From Macrostomum hystrix (taxonomy: Eukaryota; Animalia; Platyhelminthes), in contig CATNEN010000038.1 in NCBI GenBank assembly GCA_950097015.1, positions 29,450,001 to 29,514,000 of the forward strand: DNA of 64,000 nucleotides, given 5' to 3'. The notes beneath the pieces are model-generated. The model saw only the letters and a program-made list of their open reading frames with translations, ran no database searches and had not been told where the DNA came from. Below, piece by piece: positions 12,206 to 25,666 of this stretch. The position numbers and the translations under genes are program-made. Every line of letters begins with the position of its first letter. Within the stretch, counting starts at the first letter, position 1.

Positions 12206-13481
12206 CGCAGCGGCGTTGCGTTTTGATTTAGATTTTTTTGTAAAGACTAACAAATGCATTAACTAATTAAGTGACAACAGAATATCTTTTAAAAAACGTC
12301 CATTTGATCTAACATATTCACGCATAAATATGTTCTTTAATTCTTTAAAATACAATAAATTGCTTTAGTATTAATTTTTATTATCTAAGCTATGACGAGT
12401 TTCAATCACATTTGTGATAGTTTTACAACTGCAACAACAATAAAAACAGCTGGTACCTAACTGTCAGAGTTAAGAGTTGCAGCGAATAAGCAAAAAAATA
12501 AATTCAAATGGACTATGATAGCTGTGTAAACTCAATCCACTCTCGTTCACTCAAGGACCACAGCTATAGTATAACGTACTTATACTACAGTGGTCCTTAA
12601 TTTGCTTTCACTATCTATCCGCTATTGTACCTTCTTCACTTGTCTATATAGACTTGTCTATATACTACTCTATATACTAATACTAAATTGTGCGTAACAA
12701 ACTTAAGGGTAGTTTGAAAGCTAGACAAGGTAAAATGCCACACTAGTTAGCAATTAAACCATAGAAGCTGAGAGACAAGCAAGTTAAGAAAGAATATTAT
12801 TTTCTTCGGTTAGAAAAATTCCTGCAAGCAAAGTCCTTCTAGAAAACTTCGGCAAGCCCACCTGCTTATTAACTTTTATAAGTACATATAATTGCGCGTG
12901 GTCGATATGTGCATATATTTGTTTGCTTTCTGAAATACTAGCGGATGATATCTTTTGCAATTAACTGCCCTTGTAATATACTATCATGATGGATCAGATG
13001 TACATTCATTTTGACTTTTTCTAACTAAAATGACGACACAAATGTGAGTATAGCTGACTAATCGAGAGCACGTGACTTGCTGTCATCTCCGCGGTGCTTT
13101 TAAGAAAAGCTTTTAAGACATCAGAAGTTTTGATCGCGATACAAACTGAAACAAGAGGACCGGAAGAGCACAAAAAGCAAATGAAAAGTTCATGATAAAT
13201 TGCATTTGCCAATCTAAGGAAGTGAAGCTTGCTCTTTTACTGATGAGAAAAAAATTCAGCTATAGGCAAAAGGGATATAATTTTCATCGCAAAATGCAAT
13301 GAGTTTTATGTCAGTTAGTGTAGTTATCCGTATCCGTGTTAAAAATCCCTATAAATGATCGGTATTACACGTAGCAACTTTTAGCGTCCATTATCGTTGA
13401 TCGGCTTCTAAATATAATCCATCTAAATATTGGCAGCCAATGAGAAATCAGTCTGTGAAACAGGCAGGCTAATATAATAAG

Positions 13482-14279
13482 ATGAATTCACCAGCTCAAT
13501 TCAAAGACAGGGAGGGTCGCTCTGATAATACTCGAGCTGCAATGCAACTAAGCTGCTTCGAGCTGCTGCTTGCAGGTGTTCAGCTGCTGTCAGTGCAGGC
13601 TCAGTGCCTGGCTCCCTTCAGCCTGGAGGCCGGAAGGTGCGTCTTCGCCAACACCTCGCCGAGCTACAGCTGGTGCTCGGCCAATCGGCAGTGCGCGTCG
13701 ATCGGAGGCCAGCTGATGAGCTCGTTCAGCTCGCTGCAGCTGCTCGGCAGCATGCCCTCCGTGAGTTGCAACTGCAGGCTGTGGATCGGCGCCTCGGACC
13801 TGGCAGAGGAGAGATTCAGTAACAAGACGGGCTGGCAGATGGCTAATGGAGAAATTTCGCAATCGCCAAGTGACTTAAATTGGATTTCAAATGAGCCTAG
13901 CAATTGGAATGGAAATGAAGATTGCGTTCTAAAGTTGAACAGCGCAGGTGTTCTAAATGATTTCTCGTGCTCAAGTCTGGGTGGATTCGTCTGCGAGTTC
14001 GCGCCTGCAGCTCTGTACAAGCCTGTCGCCAGTGCCTCATGGCAGCGGACTCCGTTCAAGCGCACCAGCTACAATCCGAGCTCTGAGTACTGCTACTCTG
14101 ACCTGCTGCAGGTGGCCAACCATCTCGAGTGCATGGCGGCCGCAATGAAATCTGGCACAATTAAGAACATCCTGTACAATCGCCTGCATGGCATGTGCCG
14201 CCTGCTGCAATTCACCGACGCTCAGGTTGAAGAGGCCATTGAGACGAGCGCCGACTGGGTCAAATTTAGTCTGCACTGA
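13482..14279 (+). CDS. Secreted C-type lectin with a C-terminal cysteine-containing (PAN/apple-like) domain; intronless
   Basis: Signal peptide (likely start M at 13542), C..GG.L, LWIG, EPS, EDC, LND.SC and FVCE motifs. Confidence 0.88.
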   Translation: MNSPAQFKDREGRSDNTRAAMQLSCFELLLAGVQLLSVQAQCLAPFSLEAGRCVFANTSPSYSWCSANRQCASIGGQLMSSFSSLQLLGSMPSVSCNCRLWIGASDLAEERFSNKTGWQMANGEISQSPSDLNWISNEPSNWNGNEDCVLKLNSAGVLNDFSCSSLGGFVCEFAPAALYKPVASASWQRTPFKRTSYNPSSEYCYSDLLQVANHLECMAAAMKSGTIKNILYNRLHGMCRLLQFTDAQVEEAIETSADWVKFSLH

Positions 14280-14544
14280 GCAATCAATAGAAACTTTGGA
14301 AATAACAGTCAGTTAAAAGTCCAAGGAAACCTTTTAACTATTTCAAGTTTCACCAAAAGAGATACTTATCTGATGTAAAATGTACTTAACCAAAGTACAA
14401 CAATTACACTCGTAAAACTACAAAACCAGTGGCTTTATTAAATTCGCTGTAAATCTAATTTGAGCATCAATACAAATTGGAGCTGAGAACTTTGTAAATC
14501 AAATGTGAACAATTATCGGCAGTCCTTTTTAACAGAGGACTTCC

Positions 14545-15130
14545 AAGCCATTTTGCCGCCCGTTTTTATACCAAGGGGGCCGGAGTCCTCTCTGAGGAAT
14601 TTACCCCCCCTCAGCAGTATTTTTGGCAGCGCCTGAATGCAAACAGCGTTGGGTAGTGACTGATTGGTTGACAGACTAGGCGATGGTGTGCTGTGGTTGA
14701 GCTGCGTCTAATATTTAGGCTTGAGCAGTGAAATTGCAGAAATTTGAGTCAGGGTGTCCACACAGTGGCCTATTTCCACCTGTTGTAGCCATTAAAGGTT
14801 CAGTAGTCCGTCTAGATAAAGGTAGGTGACCACCGACGACGGAGATTATGCAGGCACATTCGGGTGACATGCTGATCAATTTTGAAGGCCTGGCAAGGCC
14901 GCACTGACGCGCTGTGCTAATTTGTGTATAGTTTATGTATGAAATACACTAGCGGTTATGGAAAAAATCTGGCCTTCGGGACATATCTCGACGGTCGGAA
15001 GAGCTGGCGACTTGTTTCTTGTTTCAAAAGATGCGCAACAAAAGTTTGGTCCCTGTCCTTGAGTTTCGTGTGCTTGCGTTGCTCCGTTCGGGTGCAGCAC
15101 AAAAAATTGTCATGGGGGGATTTCTAGACC
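14545..15130. mobile_element. Dispersed repeat, family unidentified
   Basis: CCGTCTAGATAAAGGTAGG, ATGCAGGCACATTCG and GCTCCGTTCG blocks are shared with 38320-38610. GCCATTTTGCCGCCCGTTTTTATAC appears inverted there. Confidence 0.55.
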
Positions 15131-15714
15131 GGCCTGAAGAAACGAAGCATCTTAATTGTTTTCCTGATGAAACGTGGCAGCAGAAAATACGTCAACACCA
15201 TCATTAAATTCAACAAGCCATACTCGGAACCATGCACGGTTCGATGCACTGCATCGATGCATACAATGCATCGATATGGATGACCAGGCTCATCAAAAAG
15301 TACGAAGTAAAGACAGTATACCTGTCTGCCGCGAGAATGAACACTGGTAGCTGTCACTCCACGCTCCAGGTAAATCTACACTCGTACGATGCTTGTGACC
15401 AAAGCATGCAAACATCACCGATTTATGCAATTAACGCGAACCGGAATTAAAATCACTCACCAACCTGCAGGTCTGACACAGGATCAGGGTCAGTGTCTGT
15501 GTTTAAATACGTCGTAGTTACTGCCTGTCAACGCAGCAGCAAGGACCACAAGGACAGAACATCGTCCTACATCACGTTTTCAAATTTAACCCCAGAATTG
15601 CTTTCTTCTATCCTAGTATCCCAGAAGACCAGATGACAATAATTGTTGAATGGGATTTGACTGCGGGACAACGTCAGTGTTTTACCAGACTCGCTCATCA
15701 ATAATGCAGCAAAT

Positions 15715-16020
15715 AATAATAATAATAATTGCAAGACGGCTACAGACAATCGCACATCATTTTGTAACACTAGACCCGCAGCCAGCGAGGAGGCAATTCC
15801 GCCCATTCCGCTGACTCCTGAGCACACACGCTCACACAGGTGTGTACATCTGCCCTGACTTTCTCATCGTCAGGCAGTGTACTCTTTCACTGTGCCTTGG
15901 AGGTTGGCCCACAAGGGCGACAAGCCAATTCTCTCCGCATCTGCAACCCAAGTTAATGTATATGGCCTCGCCGTGAAATCGAGCCCACGAACCTCGTTGC
16001 GACTCACACTGCTCAAAGCA
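15715..16020 (-). mobile_element. SINE-like family B copy
   Basis: Shares GGGCAGATGTACACACCTGTG, CTCAGGAGTCAGCGG and AATTGCCTCCTCGCTGG with copies near 7890, 35560, 43600, 46720, 47030 and 52400. Confidence 0.7.
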
Positions 16021-16964
16021 GCGAGATAACAGGAAAAAGTAAACAGCTTAGTCCGTGAATTCCCAGCATTGAACAGATCGGTTATATTTTGCCGACTTGG
16101 TGCATTATCAAAGTTGGTAGCGATTACACAATTATCTCGGCCGATAAGTTACTTCGGTTTCACGATTCGAATTATACAACAATCGTTCATCTCACTCTAC
16201 TCACAGTACCACGCGCAAAATATGCGTCGCGAACAATTGCAAAGTTGAATGGCCCTTTAAGGGTCAAGGCATTAGTTTGGGATCGTCGCGACAAAAAAAA
16301 TAGGAACATAGTTTCAGGCAATCTATTTCGTCAGATTTAGATAAAAACTAAATTCCCCCATACTAAACGATTTTTGAACTAAGTTTACTTCAGGAAGGTT
16401 CAGCATTCTGCGCAGGTAGAAGCAACCCAATTATAGCTAGCAACAATTATGCGGAGGTACATGTATTTCACGACAGAAAAAAGAGAACGGGTGCTTAGGG
16501 ACAGAGAAAATACGAAAATCCGTACAGAAAGCTACTGAATGCCAATTAAGAAGTAGCATTTTAAAATTGACTGTATATCTCTTATGCCATGGCTTAAAAA
16601 AGCCAGTTTCGAAACATTCTACGGTTGCTCGGTTGTCATGGAAACTAGTATGAATTATTCAGGTAACGCTACTGTCCTAGTGTCACGCACTCAGTATTTG
16701 TACTAGAAAGGTACCTGAAACACAGGCAATTGGTACTCGTAATACAAGTTTGTATTTTCTGCAATTGGATCAGCACTTCTGATCCTGAAGCTATAGTATT
16801 CTCTAGATCTAATAAAAATCCTACATTCGACAGTGGCAACCATCAAATTTCAAAATAAAGAAGCATTGTTTTACGACAGTACATTGACAGTACACAGAAG
16901 TGGCACTTTAGTCACAATGTTCTGCGAAAAAACAATGTCTTAAAAAGCAGCCAGTATGTAGTTA

Positions 16965-17702
16965 TTAGACACTGAACTTGACCCAGTCGGCGCTTGTCTC
17001 GATTTCTTCCTCAACCTGAGCGTCGGTGAATTGCAGCAGGCGGCAAATGCCGAGCACGCGATTGTACAGGACGTTCTTACTGGTGCCTGAGCGCATAGCT
17101 GCCATCACGCACTCGATATCGCTGGTCACCATCAGCACGTCAGTGTAGCAGTACTCGGAGCTCGGATTGTAGCTGCTGCGCTTGAACGGAGTCAGCTGCC
17201 ATGAGGCACTGGCGACAGGTTGAACGGCTCCTTGTTGCCGACGCTCACAAACGAATCCAAACAAGTGTGAACATAGAACGTCATTCAACGCACTAACTCG
17301 GTAGACGCAATCACTGGAGCCGTTCGACCACCCGTTCGGTTGGTTGCTGGCCCACATCGGGTCATCTGGCGGGAAAATTCCGTTTCCGTTCACAAGCCGC
17401 CAGCCCGATCTGCTGCTGGCCCTCTCATCGCCGAGGTCAGTCAGGCCGATCCAGAGCCTGCAGCCGCTGCCGCAGCTGACACTCGGCATGCTCTGAAGCA
17501 GCGTCAGCGAGCTGTACGAGTTGACCAGCTCGCCACCAATCGAGGCGCACTGGCGATTGGCCGAGCACCAGGTGAAGTTCTGGACTGTATTCACAAAGAC
17601 GCACCTGTTTGCTTCGAGACTGTACGGCGAAGGACAATCGGCCCGAACTGGCAGAAGCTGCGAGCTGAGGAACACAAGAAAATAAATGAGATAGTGCGTC
17701 AT
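16965..17702 (-). CDS. Secreted C-type lectin paralogue with the same C-terminal domain; intronless
   Basis: Signal peptide, WCSANRQCASIGG, LWIG, QPN, LND.LC and FVCE. The C-terminus is nearly identical to the 13482 gene. Confidence 0.9.
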   Translation of the reverse strand: MTHYLIYFLVFLSSQLLPVRADCPSPYSLEANRCVFVNTVQNFTWCSANRQCASIGGELVNSYSSLTLLQSMPSVSCGSGCRLWIGLTDLGDERASSRSGWRLVNGNGIFPPDDPMWASNQPNGWSNGSSDCVYRVSALNDVLCSHLFGFVCERRQQGAVQPVASASWQLTPFKRSSYNPSSEYCYTDVLMVTSDIECVMAAMRSGTSKNVLYNRVLGICRLLQFTDAQVEEEIETSADWVKFSV

Positions 17703-19429
17703 TGTGACTAAATTGACTGTTGAGATAGGATGACAATCTTGGTTAGCTTCCTTGCAGGTTTTATTCCAGTATTTTATACTCGTACTCTGAACAACTTAGC
17801 GCCAGTTTGCTAAACGGCATCTGCCATTGGTTCAGCTAATGCTCTTGTCTTTAATTTGCAGCAGCTATAAGCATACAACTTCTAAGCTTTTGTGTCTTTC
17901 CGTTCTAAAAGAAGAGCTCTTTTTATTTGTTGCAATTAACTACTTTGTATAGTATAAGAATTTGCCACAGTGTGACTGGAAAAAAAGCAAATGCCTGCGC
18001 CACTCCAGATTCCATAATGATGTTGAAACAAAAAGTGCACTTCCACTTACTGTTTAAGTCACCAAGTACCGCCCGAAGCTCTCTGGTCTAAGGGACACCA
18101 CGCGACACAGACATCGAGTTGTAAGCGACCACCAGGCCTACGTCTCGGCGTAGAAGTCGTTCGAGCGAGGGCGCCAGATAGCCTTGGATGCGACAGTCGT
18201 TCACACCTGCGATTTCCAGGTGTGATAGGTGTCGAGACGATGAGAGCCTTCAGCCCTGATCCTCCAGAGCTTCAAGCTGAATTGTTCTACCTCAGCTCAC
18301 TCTCGCACTACCTAACCAGGAACCGAGTAAACTTAATTTAAAGTTTGGGGTGTCTTAAATAAGCTACTCACAGTACCAACAGAAGCCCACACGTTTCGAC
18401 ATCCAGACCCCAAAATGCATTCGGTCATTACATATAGTTTCACATTTTACTCGTGTCATAAATATCTCACAAAGTGTCGAAGTAGTTTATAGAAAGTTTT
18501 TCAAAGTAATTACTCGTAGAAGCCCAGATCGTCAAAGAGTCACATATTTGGTTAAAAACGTGGTTTCTCGGAAAATGTCTCGGACACGGGACGCAGCACT
18601 ATTTCTAAGAAGAACCTTTTCTTCGATTTCTCAGAAAAAAACATGGTTTCTATAAAAACTATACGGTCAACGATTTCGGTTTTAGGAAAAAAAAACCACG
18701 GCTTCTAGACAAATTCTGGTTCCAGAAAGACAGCTCGTGTGTTTGGAAGAACAAACCGCGGTTTATAAAAACAAAAAAATTTTTCTACGAGCTAGGAAAA
18801 AAACTCCAAGAATGAAATAGGCATGCTCATGTACATTTAGGGACGAAAACGAATTCAATCTAAAACTGGAGAGGCAAGGCTGATGGTCTACGAGCAAGGC
18901 CAGCATCTCGTCCATTAGCTTCGAAGGCCGTTGATCACCGAGCCTGGAGATGCCTGGAGCAGCTACGTCTGACGGTCGGGCTCACCAATTTAGCGTCTTG
19001 CAAAATGAAATGAGGCAAGAAAAGATTCATAAACAACTTTATTTTCAAAAGTTCTTTTTACACAGAGCGTGGGAGGTGCACGAGCGTGGCGTGAGTGCGA
19101 ATGCACGGCAGACGGCGCTGCCGGGCCACCAGAATATCTACGTTTAATTAGCTTCGATTTGACGCCAGAGACACGTCACTGTACGAGTATGACGATGGAG
19201 GATGAAAAAATAGGTAAATATATCTTCATCCCCTTTTATAGCCAATCAATTTTCAGGAATTAGACGCTTGCAAATAATAAAGACTGTTTAATTTGGGAAC
19301 CAATAAAGAACGCTGCACGTTGCCGGGCATTTAAATCTGTCTGCCAGCAGGTCTGCGCCTCAACGAAGTATCCATGAAACTAGTTCCATCTGTCGCACTG
19401 AACCGAGTAAAGCATCTTACAAGACAGCC

Positions 19430-21027
19430 ATGAAAACTTGGCACTGGGCAATGATTCTTGCCAAGATTTCACAGCACAACTGCCAGACTGAGCCGATGGC
19501 ACTTGAAAACAACCGCATCAACGCCAGCAACAGCAGCGGCTACCAACAGAGCCCCGACCAGCCATCGGATTTGACGCCGCTGCTGTACAGCTTCGGCATG
19601 AGCGCGCTGGCAGCTCTCAACCTGGCTGTGAATGCCTTCGGTCTGCATCTCTGCAGGCGACGTCTAGGCCGACGGTCACTACTCTGGCTGAGGCAGCCGG
19701 GACTTCGTGCCACCCTTCGAATGCTGGTCAGGTTGGCGGTTTGCGAGCTGGGCTTCAACACCGCCCTGATGTGCCACTTCCTGCTCAGCGCACTGTTGCT
19801 GGCTCCGACCAGAGCGCCTCGAGTATCAATGAGAGTTGCCAGCTTGTCGACCGGCCTCATGGCAGCCAGCGTGCCAGCCCTGGTCGGCTGCCAGTGCATG
19901 CGCAACTGGACAATCGTGTTTATCGCCGGACTACGCCTGGCCGCGGTGGAGTCGCCGCATTCGCAGTTCCCGACTTGGCGTAGGCGGCTGACCAGGGGGC
20001 CGATCTTCCCGATGGCTGCCAGCTTGGCATTCTGCTTGGCTCTGCCCAGAGCGTTCGAATATGTGTACGTCTTCTGTCGTGACGACCAGGTGAGTTGATC
20101 TGCCACATCTACCAATCCAGTCGTCTACTATAAGCGCAGAAACTAAACAGTTCTTCTGGTTGTCAACGAGGAGGCAGTTATGCTAACTCCACGTACCCAC
20201 TGAGCATTTAAACTAAAGGTACATAGGTACAAGACACACCAGACACGTCACAAAGCAGAAACGTCACAAACCAGAAACATCACAAACCCGACACATGACA
20301 AACCAGACACGTCACAAATCAGAAACGTCACAAACCTGACACATCACAAACCAGACACGTCACAAACCAGACACGTCACAAATCAGAAACGTCACAAACC
20401 TGACACATCACAAACCAGAAACATCACAAACCAAACACCTGACGGCTTTGAAAGTTAGCTCATCGAAGGTGGCTTAAAGAATAAAAAAATTTAAATTAAT
20501 GCAGCCTAGTCACGACCCCCCAACAGTCGGAAGCCGGCCGCATAATGAATCAGCTGCCATCGCCGCTGCTGGCTAGTCGAGCTTACCGGGCCGCTTACTT
20601 GGCTGCCGCCATGTTTCTAGCCCAGTCGGGCGGCCCGGTGACTCTCGTGCTGCTCTTCTCCGTTGCCTGCCGCCTGGCCCTGATGCGCCGTCGACCGCCG
20701 GCTCAGGCTCTGAAGTCGCGAGTCAATCGAACCGTGGCCGCCCTATCCGCGGTGTTCTTCATCTTGGAGCTGCCCACCTTCCTGTCCAAGCTGGACGCTG
20801 CTCTCGGCCTGCTGCCGGCGCAGCTCGGCGACGCCCTGCTAGTGGCGGCCAACGTCATGACCGGGCTGGACTCCACCGCCAACTGCTTCATCTACATTCT
20901 GGCTAATCCGAGTCTGAGAGTCAGGCGGCCCTACCAACAGAAGATGCAGCCAATGGTTCGGCAACAGCAGCAGCAGCAGCAGCAGCAGCGGTCAAAACCA
21001 AGACGGATTCGTGCTAGGTTTTTCTAA
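19430..21027 (+). CDS. Rhodopsin-class (peptide-receptor-like) GPCR, 2 exons
   Basis: Exon 19430-20089 (N-glycosylation sites, TM1-4, RNWT..IA..R, LPR.FEY), donor GTGAGT. Exon 20527-21027 after AACAG, phase 0 (TM5-7, F.ILELP, DS..NCFIY). The start codon is uncertain. Confidence 0.8.
20232..20440 (+). repeat. 16-bp minisatellite (AAACCAGACACGTCAC)n in the GPCR intron
   Basis: About 13 degenerate copies; same unit as the 21650 array. Confidence 0.9.
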
Positions 21028-21649
21028 ATTGCGCAAACAGACCAAGTCTGCAGCGTCGGATTGAGCCTGAACCGACTCTGAATTAAAATGAAGGAAATAG
21101 GCGATTCAAAATAATGTTTAAGGTTAGCTTTCTAAAAAATCGTAAATTAATTCGCGTAGCACCAGGAAAATTATGCCAGGCATTAATATTATATAATTTA
21201 AGAACAAAACAGATCAGGCCTGTCACAAAAGTAGTAATACGTAAATAATTGTGTGATTTTTTCCGTGATCCGTGAATCCGTGATTCTTTGCTTTTGTGTC
21301 GTAAACGATTTGTTTAAAGGTTTCAGTGTCCTAAAAAACACCGCTTAAAAATTTAGTAGAATTTAAACCCTTAACTTGTTATTAAGTTATTGTTTTTTAA
21401 ATCAATCAGATTTTTTCTTTTTTCCAGTTTGTGTTGTAAATCTGTTGATGTTGAGACCTGAATGCCTCTCGATTGCTAATCTACTAAGTGTGCTTTTGAA
21501 CGCAACCGATAAAAAAAAAGTATAAAATTTGTCGCCATAAAAAGTAATAAAATTAACCTGCAGTAAAATATTTTCAAATAAGCTGTAAGTAAACAAATAT
21601 ATATAATTACCATAATTAAATTTTTTTAAAACATAAGCGCTACACTAAC

Positions 21650-22900
21650 TAGACACGTCACAAACCAGACACGTCACAAACCAGACACGTCACAAACCAG
21701 ACACGTCACAAACCAGACACGTCACAAACCAGACACGTCACGAACCAGACACATCACAAACCAGACACGTCACAAACCAGACACATCACAAACCAGACAC
21801 GTCACAAACCAGACACGTCACAAACCAGACACATCACAAACCAGACACATCACAAACCAGACACGTCACAAACCAGACACGTCACAAACCAGACACATCA
21901 CAAACCAGACACGTCACAAACCAGACACGTCACAAACCAGACACGTCACAAATCAGAAACGTTCTAAACCAGACACATCACAAACCAGACACGTCACAAA
22001 CCAGACACGTCACAAACCAGACACGTCACAAATCAGAAACGTTCTAAACCAGACACATCACAAACCAGACACGTCACAAACCAGACACGTCACAAACCAG
22101 ACACGTCACAAACCAGACACGTCACAAATCAGAAACGTTCTAAACCAGACACATCACAAACCAGACACGTCACAAACCAGACACGTCACAAACCAGACAC
22201 ATCACAAACCAGACACGTCACAAACCAGACACATCACAAACCAGACACGTCACAAACCAGACACGTCACAAACCAGACACATCACAAACCAGACACATCA
22301 CAAACCAGACACGTCACAAACCAGACACGTCACAAACCAGACACATCACAAACCAGACACGTCACAAACCAGACACGTCACAAAGCAGACACGTCACAAA
22401 TCAGAAACGTTATAAACCAGACACATCACAAACCAGACACGTCACAAACCAGACACGTCACAAACCAGACACATCACAAACCAGACACGTCACAAACCAG
22501 ACACGTCACAAACCAGACACATCACAAACCAGACACGTCACAAACCAGACACGTCACAAACCAGACACGTCACAAACCAGACACGTCACAAACCAGACAC
22601 GTCACAAACCAGACACGTCACAAACCAGACACGTCACAAACCAGACACATCACAAACCAGACACGTCACAAACCAGACACGTCACAAACCAGACACGTCA
22701 CAAACCAGACACGTCACAAACCAGACACGTCACAAACCAGACACATCACAAACCAGACACGTCACAAACCAGACACGTCACAAACCAGACACGTCACAAA
22801 CCAGACACGTCACAAACCAGACACATCACAAACCAGACACGTCACAAACCAGACACGTCACAAACCAGACACGTCACAAACCAGACACGTCACAAACCAG
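21650..22900 (+). repeat. 16-bp minisatellite (AAACCAGACACGTCAC)n
   Basis: About 78 copies with G/A variants and a recurring TCAGAAACGTTCT variant. Confidence 0.97.
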
Positions 22901-23027
22901 ATTGTTAATTATAAAGCCTTAAAGTCACGATTGTATAAATAAATAATCGGATCCACTAAATATGAAGGTTAAAACTGAAGAACAGAAATTGAAAATTGTG
23001 ATCTACACTTGTAAATAAAATACAGAA

Positions 23028-23210
23028 TTGAGTGACGCAATCTGAAGGAATTTGAGAGTGGAGTGACCCAATCTGAAGGAATTTGAGAGTGGAGTGACCC
23101 AATCTGAAGGTATTTGAGAGTGGAGTGACCCAATCTGAAGGAATTTGAGAGTGGAGTGACCCAATCTGAAGGAATTTGAGAGTGGAGTGACCCAATCTGA
23201 AAGAATTTAA
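23028..23210 (-). repeat. Short inverted copy of the 31-bp satellite
   Basis: About 5.5 units of GAAGGAATTTGAGAGTGGAGTGACCCAATCT, the reverse complement of the 27295 array. Confidence 0.92.
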
Positions 23211-24141
23211 GAACCAAAAAAGAAGACAAAAAAAAGAAATACGATTCAACATAAACACATAATTTAACCGTGAAAATAATCACATTTTACTCCCAATTAT
23301 GTCAATATGTGTTAAAATTTATTATATTTCTAAACAAATACAGGTTCAACTAGAATTAGCTTGACAAGCAATCCGACGCAGAAAAAATATAAAACAGAAT
23401 ATAAATGAAAAGTTAGAATTCAGTATAATTATAAATCTATAGTGACACTTATCTGACCAATAATATACAAGTTTAAATAATTATACCAATCAATCTATCG
23501 AGTCAAGTTAACAAATCGAGATAAAAATAAATTTACAGAACTAACACTTCATTAGCAGTATTAGTACACAGAATAGGTGGCAAATCACATACTAAATTTC
23601 ACAATTATATTGTATAGAAAACATTGCGCCCTGTATTTTTTTGCTGTAAAAAACTGGTTACCATAGCAACGGTTGCTATACAAAACTAACGCATGTGGAG
23701 AGTCATACGGATTAGTGCTAATCAAAAGATAGGGACAAAAATACAGTTTAAAACTGAATAAAAACGAGGAAAATCGAGGATTTCACAAATACTGTTTGCA
23801 CTTTACAACAACGCAATATTCGCATTTCTAAATAAATAAACCTGCAATCCCAATTCAATTGAATCCCATTTCGAAGATATAGAAAAACGACATTCCATTT
23901 AACTGAAATCCCAATTTTAGGATCTGGAAATATGTAATCCCAATGTAGTCTAATCAAAATTTTGAGGATCTAGGAAAATGACTTCGAAATCCAGTCAAAA
24001 TCCCATTTTTGAGACCCCCTTCAACCTTAGCAGAGTACCCTCTTAGCATCCTCTTTAGTAAAGAACGCAGTGAAAATAGGCGAAAATTCAAGGATTTCCT
24101 AGATTTGAGGATTTTAAAACTGATTTGCTATACCGAATGAC

Positions 24142-25652
24142 CAGGGGTCGGCAAACTCCGGCCCGCGGGCCAGATGCGACCCTCGAAGCTCCCAAATCCG
24201 GCCCGTTGCCCCTTCCAACACCTCTACTGTATCTTGTCTCATCGAGATTCTCAATTGGAGATCGAGATTCTTATCTCTCCGCTTTCTGATTTCTCTCCGG
24301 TCTCATCTCTCACCTGTCTCATCTCTCCCCTGTCTCATCTCTCCCCTGTCTATCTCTCCCCTGTCTTATGTCTCTCCTGTCTCATTTCTCCCGTCTCATC
24401 TCTCCCCTGTCTTATCTCTCCGTATCTCATCTCCCCTTTCTTATCCCTCCCGTATCTCATTGTAGTGAGCCACTGCTTAGGGGCCTATTGGTGTCTCACT
24501 AGCTGTCAGTAGCCCCACCTGCAAGGTAGCTTAGGTGCCCCCTTTTTGCTAGCATTGAGTGGCTGCCCGGCCCGCCCTCTCTGGCGTTGTCTGGTCTGTC
24601 CCTCTCTGCCCCTCCCTTCCCCGGCCGCGCCTGTACTTTGAGTGTGCTGTCTCTTCCCCCCAGGGATGAGTCATCACCTCTTTGTCCCGCGCTGGCTTTT
24701 TTGTCCCTTCTCCTTTTCTTTGTGTGTGGTTGTCTGCACTCAGTCAGCGCGTGATTCTCCTCATGCGACTGGCCTCTCTCTTTGTCTTTTAAAGTGCAAG
24801 TAAACATGTTTACTGCACTTGGGGCTTTGATTATGGGACAGGAGCCTACGTAGGAGTGACGTTTCTGGCGCCACTGACGTCAGTTGCTATTTTTAGAAAC
24901 CACGTGATTCAATCACGTGTTTTCTAACTCTGCACTGACCCTATGGGAGGCCCCTGCCTATAAAAGAAAGCTCCCCGCTCCTCTGGTCCTCATCCCTTTC
25001 TCCCCGCTCCTCTGGTCCTCATCCCTTTCTCCCGGCTCAACCCTTCCACTTTCTGTCATTAACGTTTTCTCTGACTTATTTCAGTCTCTATTGTCAGTGC
25101 CATCGAGTGTCTAAGTTTCCTACTTCAGTCTCTGCATGTGACTGCTCGTAAGCTCAGTTCTGGCTAAGTCCCGAAACTAACTTAGCCTTCCACCCCACCA
25201 TCCGAGCTACGCAGGACACTGACAGCCTGTAATTGCAACTGAAACTCTGCACTGTGTGCTTCTCGAGACTTCGTGACTTCTTCTTTTTCGGGCCAAGGAT
25301 CCTTCACCTCACCGAAGGCAGAAGTCCTGACGCCCTGGTGGCAGCGCTACTACTACACTACCTAGAAATCTTGGACTTCATATTGGAGTTCGCCGGATCC
25401 CGCATTGTTAGCAGGACGACCGGTACAACATCATCTCTCCGCTGTTTTATCTCTCCGAATCTCATCTACCCTGTCTTATCTCTCCCGTATCTCATCTACC
25501 CTGTCTTATCTCTCCGTATCTCATCTACCCTGTCTTATCTCTCCCGTATCTCATCTACCCTGTCTTATCTCTCCCGTATCTCATCTACCCTGTCTCATCA
25601 CTCCTGTCTTATATCTCCCCTGTCTCATCTCTAATAAGTTTGCCGACCCCTG
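24142..25652. mobile_element. Non-autonomous hAT element carrying a pyrimidine minisatellite and a nested solo LTR
   Basis: Perfect 15-bp TIRs CAGGGGTCGGCAAAC / GTTTGCCGACCCCTG and a subterminal CGGCCCGCGGGCC. The flanking 8-mers match at only 5/8 positions. Confidence 0.75.
24461..25430. mobile_element. Solo LTR, second copy
   Basis: TGTAG...CAACA termini and 4-bp TSD TCAT. High identity to 5490-6406, with an internal duplication. Confidence 0.85.
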
Positions 25653-25666
25653 CAATAGACAGTCAC

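Noticed and set aside
13590-20115. Antisense and alternative-frame ORFs over the lectin and GPCR genes (likewise over ferritin and Shank)
   Set aside because: Expected shadows of GC-rich coding sequence.
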